64,000 bases of DNA from Lama glama (Eukaryota): contig CM052818.1 in NCBI GenBank assembly GCA_028534125.1, positions 24,368,001 through 24,432,000 of the forward strand, written 5' to 3'. Below are positions 24,549 through 38,029 of the stretch, piece after piece. The translations under genes were made by a program, and so were the position numbers. Numbering within the stretch: position 1 is the stretch's first letter; each line of letters opens with the position of its first letter. The notes under the pieces were generated by a model. It saw only the letters and a list, made by a program, of their open reading frames with translations, made no database searches and was not told the DNA's origin.

Positions 24549-26479
24549 TTGGCTAAAATTTACCAGGGGTACAGGCTACAAAGAGCACTGGGAGCTTCTC
24601 TTCTCTGCATATGAACATTTTTATGCTGCTTCATAAGTCTGTTTGTTCTCAACAGATATCCACAGTGCACATTCAAAGTTCTAAAAAAGTCATGAAGTGA
24701 TGAAATATATTCCACTTTATTGGCCTAATATTTTAAACTGAATTTGTGAGGGTATGCACAATAAGCATACAGTAGGATATATTATATTTTGATTATTTTC
24801 TGCACAATGATATATATTCATGATTTTTCTGCTTATACGGTAAAGTTTATGTACTGTCTGTCTGTTTATGTCTATCCATCCATCCATCCTCCTGTCTATC
24901 TAGATAAACTTAGAAATTAAAAATACCTCATACTTCCTGACACCATTTCATTGCTAATAATTGAGTACTTTCAAAATTTCCCCATGCATGTGCCAAGTAC
25001 TCATTAGTTATACACAAAATGGCAATATGGGATGATAGATTTCACTCTATTCCATAACCTGCATTATTCACTGTAGAGTAGACACTGGACAGTTTTTCAT
25101 ACTTAATGTACATAACTTGTTTGCTTCATACTTCAGTGATTTTCTTTTTCAATCTTGTACTGTGAAAAAGGTTAAAGTACGTGTTTCTAGAACAAACTCC
25201 AAAACCAAGTGTATTTAAAAACGATGGAGGGGATTTTGGCTCTGCCTGATTTTAGAGGACCCTCGGCTTCTCTATAACTGAACCGCCCCAGCTCTTGAGA
25301 GAAACTCAAAACACGGCTGCCTCTACCTAGATGAAATGTAAGGATAGAATGCACATTACCTTTATCTAATCCCTGGCCATATTTAAACAGGATACTCTGA
25401 TCTGACATGAGCCTGACAGCCTGCAGGTTGGTCATTGCTGCAGAAAGTAGCATCTTGGAAACTATTGTTTACGTGCTTAGTAAGAACTAAACAAAGAAAC
25501 CTGAAAAAAGGTGCTGGAGGCAGATCGTGGGCATTTGTTTGCTAATATAAATCATCCTGGTCCTGAAATTCAGACAGATTCTGTGGCTGTGTGATCTAGG
25601 TTGGGGTTATTTCATTTTCTTTGCCTTGAGTGTACAAGTGCAGCCCATTATCTGAGACCAGCAGTTTTTTGGCCAGGAGAGTTCGTTGCCTCTGGCTTAC
25701 AGGTAGTTCTATCGGATAATCATATATTAACTGGTAACTTAAATTTTAATTCCTGTTTATCATTTCAATTATTTTTATATTTATGTTTACTTATATTTAA
25801 AATGGATAGCATATTGTTTTCAGATATTTCAAGTCACAGCTATGTGTAGTTAATCCAGCATTTTATTGGATTCCTGTAGAATGTATGGTATAATTTTCAG
25901 CACCTCTTAGGAAATTTTAAGAAGCAGAAAATCCAATTACTGAAGACATTCACTATCTATTTTCAAAGTAAGAATCATCACTCGTTTTTGTGGTGGAGAG
26001 TTGTTTTATTGTGACTTACTGCTGGGAACACACCTGCCGTCTTGTTAGATACACTTCTCAATAATCATTCATGTGTTTTTCTGGGTGCTTTCAATAGTGT
26101 CTGATGTCAAATGAGGACATTGGCAGAGCAATAATAGAATCAAGGACCATGATTTGTGTTGCATCCCACCCCAGGGTAATCTTCCATCAGCAGGCTCGGG
26201 GTTCTCAGAACAGCTGGCGTTCACTCCATATCATCCAGTTTGTAGAAAACTGGCTTTCACACAAATACATGCTATTGTTTGTTTGTACAGGTTGGCAGGT
26301 GCCAGAGTTACTTGTATGTGTGTCAAGATTTGTCTTACAGGCAGGATGACCATGCTTCTCCTATTGCAGATCCTCACATGTCTCTGTCTTCTGGGAAAGT
26401 TACCAGATGCTCCCCCACTAAGATGATCCATTGGCTGGATTTTAGCCTCATTGAAGAGAGAGAAAGAAAAGGTTAAGAC

Positions 26480-26600
26480 AGAGCACAGCTTCTGGACTCC
26501 CATATTTCCTAAATTCACATGAGCTGGGTGATGTTGTCTCTTGTTACTTTACCTCTCTGAGCCTCAGGGTCTTTCCTTCACAGCTACACCTCATCATAAA
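26480..26600 (+). mobile_element. MIR fragment
   Basis: ttactttacctctctgagcctcagg. Confidence 0.65.
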
Positions 26601-27519
26601 ATGTGTGATTTTTTTTGAGCCCAAATACCAGTAAGACATATCTAATTTAGGCAAGGTAGGATTATTAAATGGCAGATAGAACTGGAGAAAAAAATCAAGG
26701 CATTTATTGTTCATGGAGCGCTTTGGGAAACTTACAATCACTGAAATAGGGAGACTTCCCTGGAATCATCGGGATGCGCTATTTCTCCACAAATAGAAGA
26801 TTCATTTTATATTTTCCTAGAGGCATAAAGAGGAATACAGGAATATAACTAACAAGAAAAATAAACTGAATGGAAACCAAAAGGAAAAAGTCTAGGAGAG
26901 CTAGGGGAAAATGCCTAGGGAAAGAGAAGAGGAAGAGATCAATCCATAATGGATATTATCACTCAGTGCCCACTATTTGAATTAATAACTGCTGTTGTGT
27001 TATTGAGGAAGGGCTGGATGGAGATGAACAGTTTGTTGATTTTTCTTGCTTTTTTACCTGACTTCCTTGATAGACTCACTTTCGAGTCAGGTACTAAGTC
27101 AGCTTAGAAAATTCAGGGTCATAAGGCAAGAAAATAAAACTGTTCTGTGTGAATCGGCTGCCCAAGGCAGCACCGCTGTATTTACGAAACAGTATCACCA
27201 TTTGTGAGGACGCAGCCTTTCCTGGAAAGTCATTCCTAACAAAAGATTAAAGTTCAGTTGTAAATCTCCAAATACCATTCTGTGACAGTGAACTTATTTC
27301 CTTTCCCCGCTGATTCTTAAAGTAAAAGAAATTTATTTTGTATTTTTTAAGATACTTAGCAGCTGGAAAATATGCTCAGTGCATTAAGTAGCATACACAA
27401 TTACTGTGCTTATGTTTAAGGTGAAGCAATGACATTTGTCTTGCTTCCAGCCACCGTGAGAAAAATTGGATAGCTTTTATGCTTTACAAAGATGTTTATA
27501 TTTTCTTAGGCATCTTTAA

Positions 27520-27740
27520 AGCCACTATTTACTGAATACCTATTTGGTGCTCTGTGTCAGGTACATCATATTTGATGCTCACTATTACCTATGAAGTAAG
27601 TACTGTTTATCCCAGTTTTTTTTTTCAGATGAGGAAACTGAGGCTCAGGAAATTAACTCACCCATAGTCAAACAGAAAGGGGTAAAGCCAAGATTCAAAC
27701 TCAGATCTCTGACACCAGAGAGCATGATCTTTCCATTGAC
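27520..27740 (-). mobile_element. MIR SINE
   Basis: tttactgaatacct...cagatgaggaaactgaggctcag...gattcaaactcagatct. Confidence 0.85.
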
Positions 27741-28945
27741 TTCACTTTTTTTTCATTTTGTGTTTGAAAAGGAAGAAGGAATAAAAATACTCAGGTGTCC
27801 TAAAATGGAACATGCTGGCAGGACCCAGAGGCTTGTGCCTGTTTTGGTGGTGGACCAAAGTGAACCTAACAACCCATATCGATGAGAGCATCTCCAGGAA
27901 TGGAGCCCAGACCAATAGCTGGAGGAGTCCCAGTGGAAAGGGTCAGTTTAGATCGCCTCCCTAAGGGATAAGCTATTTTCCAGAGAACACAAGATTGGTT
28001 AAACAAGATTTATCTGGAATTCTGAGCAGCGCTCTGGACTGGTTTAGACCTCTCGGGGGCACTCAGAACAGACTCTCCACGTGACATGGGCATTCTGAGC
28101 TTTCGTAGTGAACGTCATTACAAACTGCCGTCAGCAAGAGTGGCCCCTGCAAGGCCTTTGCTCTCCTGGTTAAATCCTCATTCGTGCATTGGTTTGTTTA
28201 GTCATCTGAGTGTATACATTTGTCAGACACTGGTATAATGTGACATAAATATGTACCCAGCCTTCAAGTGGAGCAGACAGATAATTACAAGACAGTGCGA
28301 TCATGGCTGTACTTGAGATGCTCACAGGTCTTGGAAGATTCACCCAAAGTGATCCTAGGAAAGCCAAAGTCAGCCTTATTATCAGAGAAAAGTTTGGAAT
28401 CTTAGAGACCAGCCATTGGCCCTTAAACACAGGCAGAAATTTGGTTCATCACCATGGCACAGCCTCATAGGGAATGCACTGCCCTATCTTCTCTGACTTG
28501 CAAATCCCAATTTTTTCTGAGATGTAGCACTAACATTACCCTCTCAGTGGAACCTTTACTTTCTCCCCATTCATTCTCAAGCCCTTGGTTGACACACCAA
28601 CCAGTAGTGTTTCCGAAATTTCATTCATTTATCTCTTTCCTGACTCTTTTCCATAAGCCCATTCCGCTTACACAAATAAGGTCAGGTTCCCAAAGAGTCA
28701 GATTCACACAGAGCCAATTAATCATGAAAAAGACAGAGCCTCAAAACACATTCACTTCCTGTTGAGAAAAAGATCACCTTATTTAAGTTTACTTAAAGCT
28801 GTGAGAGCTGCATAGTTTGTACTGAAGGGCTATTCCTAGACTGGCCCTGGGGTCCGTGGAAAATAGCCATTTCTGCTCTGTTTTTAGGGCTGCCATAGAT
28901 CTAAGTTTGGAGAGAAGATGCTTTTGTATGATTCACATGATTAAA

Positions 28946-28980
28946 AAATATAAATATATATATATATACACACACACATA
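28946..28980. repeat. compound (TA)n(CA)n microsatellite
   Basis: Directly visible. Confidence 0.85.
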
Positions 28981-31511
28981 CAAGGAAGGGAAAGGAAGCT
29001 ATGCTTATATTTCTTTAATTGAGTGTCAGTCACTAAACTATCCTATTTTCCTGTTCATACACAGAATTCATCACAGATTTAACTTGACAAAACCATATAT
29101 ATTTAATTACAGTTAAGGACCAACTGCTTTTGATTAATCACAGGGAGTGTGTTTTCCAGATGAAGCTGTGTATGAATTTCAAAGAAATCAAATATACAGT
29201 AGACATGAGTTCTTGCAGTGGCTATTTATGCTTTGATACTTTAGAAAATTAGGAAAGTATATGAATGTGTTGCTAAATTTTCTGGGCATATCTCTGTTTA
29301 CTTTGTCTTTACAACATTTTGATTTCTAAAATAATAGAAATGAAAGCCACCTTCAGGATGATGAATATATAGTATTGTATATATCTATATTATATCTATC
29401 CTAGCTGGAAAATTCATTTGAAATTCAGAATATGGCTGTTTACAAAACTGGAGTGCTGGTGCTCCCCTAGAGACTGAGATCCATAGGTTGATATGAATAA
29501 GATTTTTGGCTTTTTGGCTGTAGGAAAGGTGAATGCCTTTTACTGGAGCCCCTGGTAGGGGTCCAGGCAGAAAAGGATAGTGTGGGATGGTGTGATGTGT
29601 TCCTCCACCCTCACCCTCACCCCAGCAGGTTGAGGGATTCGGTTTAGGATCAGAATGAGAGGGCGGCTAACTGAAGGACTTCTCCAGCAGTTCTTTCTCA
29701 TTATATTTTGTTCTAAATATCCCGGACACAAATGAGATATCTTATCTCTTTGCTATTATGGTACTATCTGCCTAAAAATAGGACATCATTTCATCAGTGG
29801 TTTGAGAATTTTGTCTTTCTAATGCTCAACTTCAGTGATTCATATTTATGGCTGAGCGCACTGGGGGACATTTTAAGGGTATCTTTCTTAGAGTGATTCT
29901 TGCATTGCATCTTTAAGTGCATTGCAGAAGTTACCCTGTTCAATTCCATGATAGAATCACAGAAAATGCTTTTGTTACTGGTACCTATAAAACCAACTTT
30001 TAAGAATGGTAATGCATATGTATTATTTACTATAAACTGAATTGTGCTCATAAATTTTCTTTTCTAGTATTATTTTAAAAAATATGCACACTGCCTGTGA
30101 AAAATGTTGTCATTGTCCAGATATGTGACCTTAAACTACACTTAAGACGTCTGTATATAAAACAGAAATGATGATACAAATGATACTAAATTGTTGAGTG
30201 TGTTTGAATGGGTGAAGACACACGAAAGCTTCATACAGTATTCAGTACCTGGTAGTTTTACTCTCTGCCACCCAGAGCAGCACACTGGACTGGAACTCGG
30301 GGTGGGGAATCGGGGAGGATCAGAGGCGTGCTTTTGTGGGGGAAATGACTAACCTCTCTGAACCTCCTTTTAGTTACTTCTAAAATAAGGCAGCTGGATA
30401 ATCTTTACGGTTCCTTTTATTTTTTTTTATTTTTATTTTTTTTCCTACGGCTCCTTTTAAGTAACTCTATCTGACGTTTTGTGTTTCTCTGTATAGGTAC
30501 AATGAAATGGGATATCTGTTATTATATTGATGTATTTATAATGTGATGATTACTGACTCTAAGCTAATAGGAGACAACTGATTATATGCTAAAATAATAC
30601 TAAGTTAAGAAGCCCTGAACATCAAAATTGTTTTAGTCCTTCTTCTTTACCCTACTGAGAAAATAAGGGCGATAGAAAAATATATGTTTTCCATCACAAG
30701 GCGGAAGCAGCTCAGTGGGAGGCCTGGGTCTCGCATCAGATAAATAAACTGGAGATTCTCTTCCTGAGCATTAGTTGCTCCCTCTTCTAATGAATGTCAG
30801 TTTGAAATGAGGGGAACTTTGTACTCAGCGCAAGAGGCATTTTTGTTGAGGTGCTTTTTTCTTCCCCAAGTCATCGTCCTACTCAGCCAACCTTTAATCC
30901 GATTGGAAGCCCTAAAATTCTAACATAATTTAGAAGCATTAAAAAAAGAAGAATGAGGGAAGGAGGCTGTTCATTTGTCCCGGCTCGCCTAGTGCTGTGT
31001 TGAAAATTCCATTCACATGGCTACTTGGCTCTTTTTCTGCTTATGAAAAATCTTAGGCAGTCCCCGAGGGCATCTTCTAAGCTTCGTGGGTTTCCCCATG
31101 CCATTTTGGTCGAAGGTATTTATGTAAAATATGTTGCTTTGTTGATCTGATAACAGATAACCCCGGGAAGTTCATCCGTCTAACTTGGCTCACGGAAATG
31201 TCAGAATGACTCAGCCGGACGGTTAATTTTAGTAGTCTGGGGTTATAAACTCACTTCAAAAGACTTTGAAACAGGTTTGGCATTCCTTTCCCATAAGAAA
31301 GCCTGTATAGATTTGACCTTTGGATTTAAGCCAGCTCTGGTCTTCTTTCCTGCAGCCGGGCAGAGAGGACATTCCTAACCCATTTTTGACTCACTGTCCC
31401 CCCTCCCCCCACCAGTGTCACCACAAAATGCTGAAACATCAAGTTAAGAGAAGGGTCAGAACGAGGAATGTAGGGAATAGTAGAATCCTTTTGTTAGAAT
31501 GGACTGGCCTC

Positions 31512-31667
31512 AGAGGAGGGTATAGCTCAGTGGTAGAATATGTATGTAGCATGCACAAGGCCAGGCTCAGTCCCCAGTACCTCCAGTAAGAAATAAACCA
31601 GCAAACCTAACTCCTTCCCTCAAAAAAAAGAAAGAAAAGAAAAGAAAAGAGAAACACATTAAACACA
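31512..31667 (+). mobile_element. tRNA-Ala-derived SINE (vic-1 type)
   Basis: gggtatagctcagtggtagaa...ccccagtacctcca, (GAAAA)n tail; 18-bp TSD ttagaatggactggc[c/t]tc at 31494-31511 and 31668-31685. Confidence 0.9.
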
Positions 31668-32241
31668 TTAGAATGGACTGGCTTCGTTAAGATATAGAAG
31701 AAGGCACCCGGGGAAACACACTCCCTGCACGTCTTGGAGAGAGAGGATAATCACTTTGCTGTTTGAATTGAATTATGCAGCAATGTGAAGGGTAAATCCA
31801 GAGTCAGGACTTGCAGTGCCAAAGTTCAAAGCCACTTAATGAGAAACAGAGCTCCTCACCATCTCCAAAAGCATTTCCTAAGCAACCGCTTGCCTGCGGT
31901 GCTGCAAAGAGAAATGACATAGACCCGGCCCATGACCTTCAGAAAGCCAGAAAAAGATTTAGAAATAACACGCTTAGAGAAAATATTGCCAAGTCAGTAC
32001 AGAAATCCTCTGGCAAATCTCCATTTAGAAAAACCATCGTCAAGGAAAACAATCGATAAGGTTATATCCAGAGCCCGTTCCATTCAAGGGACTTAATGCA
32101 CACGAAGTTGTACTGATACAAAGGACCTTTTCTGATTCACCTGGGAGTTCTTTGCCGTAGGGTTGTATATTTGTCAAAATGGGCCATGGGAGTGAATCGA
32201 AGAAATATCTAGCACAGCTGGGCACCAGGGCAAGTATTTTC

Positions 32242-32243
<2 letters not shown>

Positions 32244-32280
<37 letters not shown>
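32244..32280. repeat. (TG)~18 microsatellite
   Basis: Perfect dinucleotide run. Confidence 0.95.
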
Positions 32281-32283
<3 letters not shown>

Positions 32284-32389
32284 AACTAGATTATTCTATG
32301 AATTTCCCTTAGAATATGAAGTGAGAAGCACCGTCTAGTCTGTTCAATTTTGGGGCCTCACTAATGTCATGTTTCTTGAGAAGGTATCA

Positions 32390-32620
32390 TGTGTCAGACA
32401 CTAAACGTAGTATGATACATCACATCCCCTCAGTTAATTCTTACAATCCCATAGGATGGATTTCATCACCCTCATTTTCTGAGAGAGGAAACAAGTGTGA
32501 AGTGGTTAAGTAACTCGCCTGAGATCACAGAGCTGCTAAGTGCTCTGACAGAGGGAAGATCTGAGCCCTTGTCTGTGGACCTACAGATCTAGGGCTCCTA
32601 GCCTGCACATGTACTGCCCC
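32390..32620 (-). mobile_element. MIR SINE
   Basis: ttaattcttacaatcccatagg...gaggaaacaag...ggttaagtaactcgcctgagatcacagagc. Confidence 0.75.
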
Positions 32621-34309
32621 AAACGACATGATAAGCACTTTATTACACTTGGAAAAAGAGATAATTTAGGGCTATCGTGAGACAGTTTTATTCATTCTAT
32701 TTTGTATGTGGCTCTTATTGGTGAAGAAGTTGATAGTATTTGATCATATATTTCTCTACAGTTATAGGCCTATAGTTATTTAGCAGATGTATTCATTAGA
32801 GTCTGAATTAGTGAGTTCTGCTGTTTGTCCAGAATGCCTTAGTTTACTGAATCACAATTAGTCAGGGCCAAAAAGTGAATTTGTTCTGATATGTCTTCCT
32901 TTCCTGAACTAGTAATTGACGAAATGATGACTATTTCTGCATTCACCTTGTAAATAAAATCAACAGACTAAGAGTGTGAGGCATTCTGTGCACAGATAAT
33001 CTTCTCTCCCTGGGGCTGTAAATTATTGGTATGGATAGACCAGGCTGGAATGACAGGCTGATTTGTTAATTCTGGAAAAGCATCAGGTGCCACTCTTACA
33101 GCTTCTAGATTTCTATTTCATTTTAGTTTAGCAAATGTAGTTAGCCTTAGAGACTGCCTTTATCATTCACTGGTTGTTTTATTCCTTCATACATTTAACC
33201 CAACAACATGGGTCATTTTTCAACAGGTCAAACTAAATTCCCTGGGAATTTAGCCTGACGAATCACGGGGAGAACTGGTCTTGACGAGACGTGACCGTTT
33301 ATCCTCATCATTTTAATGGGTTTCTTTTACCAGTCTCACTTCAGGCAAAAGCAGATATTATCATTAACCTGCCTGCACTATGGAAATGGAAAAATTCAGT
33401 GCCACCTAATGTCATGAACCCAGGAAGTCAGAAATAGGTCTTGGGAATAACTCTAAGTCTTAATAAACAGGGCTGCATGATCCATTCAAAAATACCATTT
33501 AAAATCCAGTTTTCTTAAGATATGAAATCTACTTAAAAAAAGACTCATGCTCCACACCCTTTTTTATTTAGAAGCATTAGTTTATGTTTCTGATGTTTTA
33601 GGTCCTGCTCTTTAAATAACTTGGCTTTCTTTTTTCCCTTTTTGTTGGCTCAGTACTTTCCCAGGGTAAGTGATAAATAAAGCTGGAGTGTTGGTTGCAA
33701 ATTCCCTTCCTCTCTCTTCCTTCTGTCCTACCTCAGATTTATCTGGGGACCAGAGCATCCCACAGTGGGCTAGGACACCACTCAGCATCACATAGAATGG
33801 CAAGGGATTGGGAAACACTTACAGCTTGAAGGTCTTCTGAACTTAAAGCTCTCAATTTTACCCTAAGCAGGGGCCTTGAATTAGGGACAAGAACTTGAAT
33901 TTGCAATGCCACCTTCTTTCTCAAGAACCCATCATGACAAGTGATTACAGTTCTTGATATATCATATGTCATTAAAGATAAATCATGGGACTGATTGGAG
34001 AGAAAACCCTTGCGTAACTTCTCAGAGACTTTTCTCCTCTCTCTCCCTCCTCCTCTCCCCACACCTGTCGGATAAGGATTCTATTGAGCATCTTTCTGAA
34101 GGCTTTTAGGTTTACCTGACCACCCCCTAGTAGCCATTTATCAAGTAGCAGGAGGAAACCCAGCCTCTGGCCAGTGAGATTAAAACATTTAAACACTTTT
34201 GAATTCATTGAATTTCTTAACTTGGCCTTTAGAAAGGGAGCATCCTAGTTGTGCGGACAGAAATGTAATTAACTGCTCTGTGCTGTAAAGACGAAGCTAG
34301 AACACACGG

Positions 34310-35275
34310 GTTCCAGCTGGGGAGACGGAGGTCTGGGAAGGCTCTTGGGAGGTGAGGTTTTTGGTTGGGCCTAGAGGTTGTGTTAGTTGTCAGCAGACCA
34401 GAGCATGTGAGAGTATTCCGTTCTTCAAGGAAACTACAGTAGAAGAGGTTCAGCTGGGTTAAAAGTCATGTTTGTTTTCTGTGAATTTTTAAAAGTCCAA
34501 GGTGATTTTGTGTGTGTGTGTGTGTGTGTAGATAGGTGTAGTGCGAAGAGATGAAATGAGAGAAGTAGAGTGGGTCCAAGTCATAAAGGACCAGGGGAGA
34601 TACAGTGATGTGTCTGGATTTGACTCTACCAGCTGAGTAGAGCCATTGGAAGTCCTGGGATAGACAAGTGACACAATCTACTCTAAGCTTTAGGAAGGTA
34701 CCTGGTGATGGTGTAGAGGCCCAGATTGAAGGGAAGAGGCTAGAGGCAAGCAGATCAGATAGGAATCCTCGCAATATCCTCGGTGAGAGATTTTTTAGTG
34801 ACCTACAATAGGAGGAAATTGGGATTCACTGTGAAGCTGGGACCAAATTTAGAAACTTGATTGAATGCGAACTATGAAGATGAAAGAGACATCAAAGATG
34901 ATGGTGCTTCTGAACTGTGGTGCTTTCAAATGACCTGGAGAACATAAGAGTTTAGTTTGGGACTTGCTGGCTTTCAAATGCTGTCATCTGCAGGTGGAAA
35001 CGTGTCAGACCAAAAGAACTGAAGGCTGGAAATAGAGTTTAGGGAGTTAACACACGAAGCAAGGGCTAGAGACAACAGATCAAGTGAAATTAATGACGGA
35101 AAGAACATAAAGGAAGAAAAGGGCTGGAAGAGAACTTTGAGAAATGCCATAGTTAGAGGGGTTGTTAGAAGAGAGAAAGAAGAGGACAGGTGAGAGGCAG
35201 AGCAGGTAAACCTCTGAGAATCACATCAGATGTAACAAGGGAAGAGAAAGTTTCAAGGACAAGGGTGAATAACTA
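34310..35275 (-). mobile_element. L2 LINE fragment (~1 kb) containing a (TG)n at 34509-34529
   Basis: gagccattggaag...gtgacacaatc...catcaaagatga...gagtttagtttgggac, purine-rich antisense L2. Confidence 0.7.
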
Positions 35276-35480
35276 TTGCTAGTAATGGAACTACCCCTGG
35301 GGAGTCTGCTTTCTCTGTGGATCAGGCTCATGAGTTAAATTTACTCACACTGTAACTCTGAGTCACAAGGAATTCCTTGGATTGCTAATTCCCTTCCTTA
35401 TCACACAATTTACCAGCTGGATATTCTCCCATCTCGTCCAAACCTACAACCATCCTAAGACTCAATTATAAGTCTAATTC

Positions 35481-35612
35481 ATCTTTTAATAACCTTTAAT
35501 GAAAAAGAATATGAAAACAAATATATGTATACATATGCATGATTGGGACATCATGCTGTACACCAGTAATCGACACATTGTAACCAACTATGTACTTCAG
35601 TTAAGAGAAAAA
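35481..35612 (+). mobile_element. short L1 3' tail, inserted into an L2 remnant
   Basis: aacctttaatgaaaaagaatatg...ctgtacaccagtaatcgacacattgtaa; TSD aagtctaa[t/c]tc at 35470-35480 and 35613-35623. Confidence 0.85.
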
Positions 35613-35849
35613 AAGTCTAACTCTTCAGCCACTGCTGCTGAAGATGATTCCTGTTCTTTCTTCTCTGAATCCCTGTAGTTGATATTGTTAGCTCTCTTTT
35701 CACATGGGGATGTTTTATTTCCCCAAATGCACTGCATGATTTTCAGGACAAAGAATGTATTTTAAACTCATTCCTTTCTGCCTGAGAATCTAGCAAAATG
35801 CTTTGCATAAAGAAGGTACTCGAAGCTTTTTTTCTTAGGAAAAGCTATG

Positions 35850-36330
35850 ATGTGAAATTTGGTAATATGCATTAGGTATCATAAAATGGTTAGTTACCTC
35901 CTTTGACACATGAATACCTCCTCCAGGATTATGTTCTATAATAATAATCTGAAATGGGAAAATGTCATAGGTACAAACGTACTTGTCAAAAGAGTTCAAA
36001 GGTTCAGTATTGTAATAATAGAACGTTTATGTGAATTGTGTAAGTATTTCATTCAATGGAATCATACAGTTTTTTAAAATTATGATGACTATTTACCAAC
36101 TTGGAAATGTGATTTTTTTAAAGCATGGCACAAAATTAATTTGTGCACTATGGTTTCAAGTATATAAAATGCACTTTTGGAAAATATGAGAAGAGAATAG
36201 ATTAAAATGATAAATTTTAACACAGAGAGGTAGAATTGAAAGTGGTTTCTTTCCTTTATAAAAGCTGCCCTAATATTATATTATTGTTATAAGTCATCTC
36301 ACATAAAACAATGTTTTGTTTCCTATGAAG
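35850..36330 (+). mobile_element. old L1ME-like 3' fragment
   Basis: aatttggtaatatgcatta...cctttgacac...cattcaatggaat...aaaatgataa. Confidence 0.55.
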
Positions 36331-37064
36331 GACCTGATACTGTGAAGTGAGCATGGAAGGTGTCATCTTTAAATATATGTCATTACCAGGCTGTTGGAAT
36401 CCATCAATATAGTTCATGGTATAGTGACCGTCACCATTGAACAATACCGCCAGTTTGTTTCAGCTCATAATTTTGGGCAAGGAGGCCATCTTGTCCTTTA
36501 ACTGTTGGCAGTTCTAAGGTTAAAAGAGAAAGAAAAAAATGAGAGGAGAGTTAAGAGTGTGAAAATCCAAGAAGAGGGGAGGCTGTGAAAGAAATAAGAG
36601 GAGACAAGAAAAGACCAAGGGCAGAGAAGACAAATTTTTTCACTGTGGGTCTGCCTCTCTCTGATGTTCTTTTTCTTCACTTTTTTCTCTCTTCCCTGCT
36701 GCTCGGTGGAGCATTTCAAATAGAAGCTCTGTATTTTCAAAAGCTGTGACTATTTTTGATCTTTCCTCTAATCCATATTCTGAGGTGGTCTTGGCAAGAA
36801 AGAGACCCACTGGTCTTGGATCACAGAGGGTACTAGACCAGAAGTGGGTGGTGCAGCATCACAGGCAAAGACAAGGACAAAATAACGGAGTAAACAGAAA
36901 ACCAGCAGTGGAAGGGGGAGTTGAGTGTAGACTCATCGGGAAACTATAGGATGCCTCTGGGGGCACCATTTAGCTCTGAGCTTGAAAAAGACTGGTGTGG
37001 ATGAGCTGAGTCTCTCTGCTACCTAGGCCTGCCTAAAAATTCCAGAACAAGTGAACAAATGATT

Positions 37065-37347
37065 TTTTAAATTAAAGTACAGTTTACAATGTTGTGTCAA
37101 TTTCTGGTGTACAGCATAATGCTTCAGTCATACGTATACATACATATATTCCTTTTCAGATTCTTTTTCCTTATATGTTACTACAGGATATTGAATATTG
37201 TTCCCAGTGCTGTACAGAAGACACTTATTCATCTACTTTATATATAGTAGTTAGTATCTGTAAATCTCAAACTCCCAGTTTAACCCTTCCCCCACCCTCA
37301 CCCTTTTCCCCACTAGTAACCTTAAGTTTGTTTTCTATCTGTGAGTC
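37065..37347 (-). mobile_element. 5'-truncated L1 insertion with perfect TSD
   Basis: tttacaatgttgtgtcaatttctggtgtacagc...tttctatctgtgagtc; 13-bp TSD tgaacaaatgatt at 37052-37064 and 37348-37360. Confidence 0.9.
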
Positions 37348-38029
37348 TGAACAAATGATTCTTGATTCCAATACCACCCAAACTGGACAGCTCCTTCCAG
37401 AAGGTGCATTTTATCTGCATATGAATCGGCTCTGGATGGTTCAGAGTGGCAGACTTTCTCCGTTGGGCTATTGAAGAAGGCAGCCCACATTTCTAGAGGT
37501 GCAGCAGGCCCAGCAGGGTGCCCCAGCATGGACACTAATGTGCATTTTACCTATTCACTCGTTCTAGGTAATCTATAAAGGGCAGTGAAACTTAAAGAGA
37601 TATCAACATGAAGAGATGCTTATTTTTTCTGACATCAAATTAAAAAACCTCTTTATTCAGGTTTCAAGGCTGAATCTGAAAGGCATGGAACCAAGATTCT
37701 TTTTTTAAATGGCATTCTTATAGTATAATATATATTAGAGATTATAACATATAATAATGAAACATTAAATAGGTACAACCATCTTAGAGGTTTGAGTTGC
37801 TCCTAAGTTGATTAATGGGTTTCTAGAGGAAAACACCTTTTGCAGGCATACCATTTGCCCAATTGTGGATCTGCCCGACTAGTCTGAAAGGGCACAGCAG
37901 CGAGTAGGACTCCCCCTGGCTCCAGGCTCTTGACAGTCCTCTCCAAAAAAAATGTTTTCTCCCCTCCAGGGAGATCAAAGTTTTTCATTGCACTTAGCAG
38001 AGAGGGCAGAGTTGTGCTTTCCTCAAATC

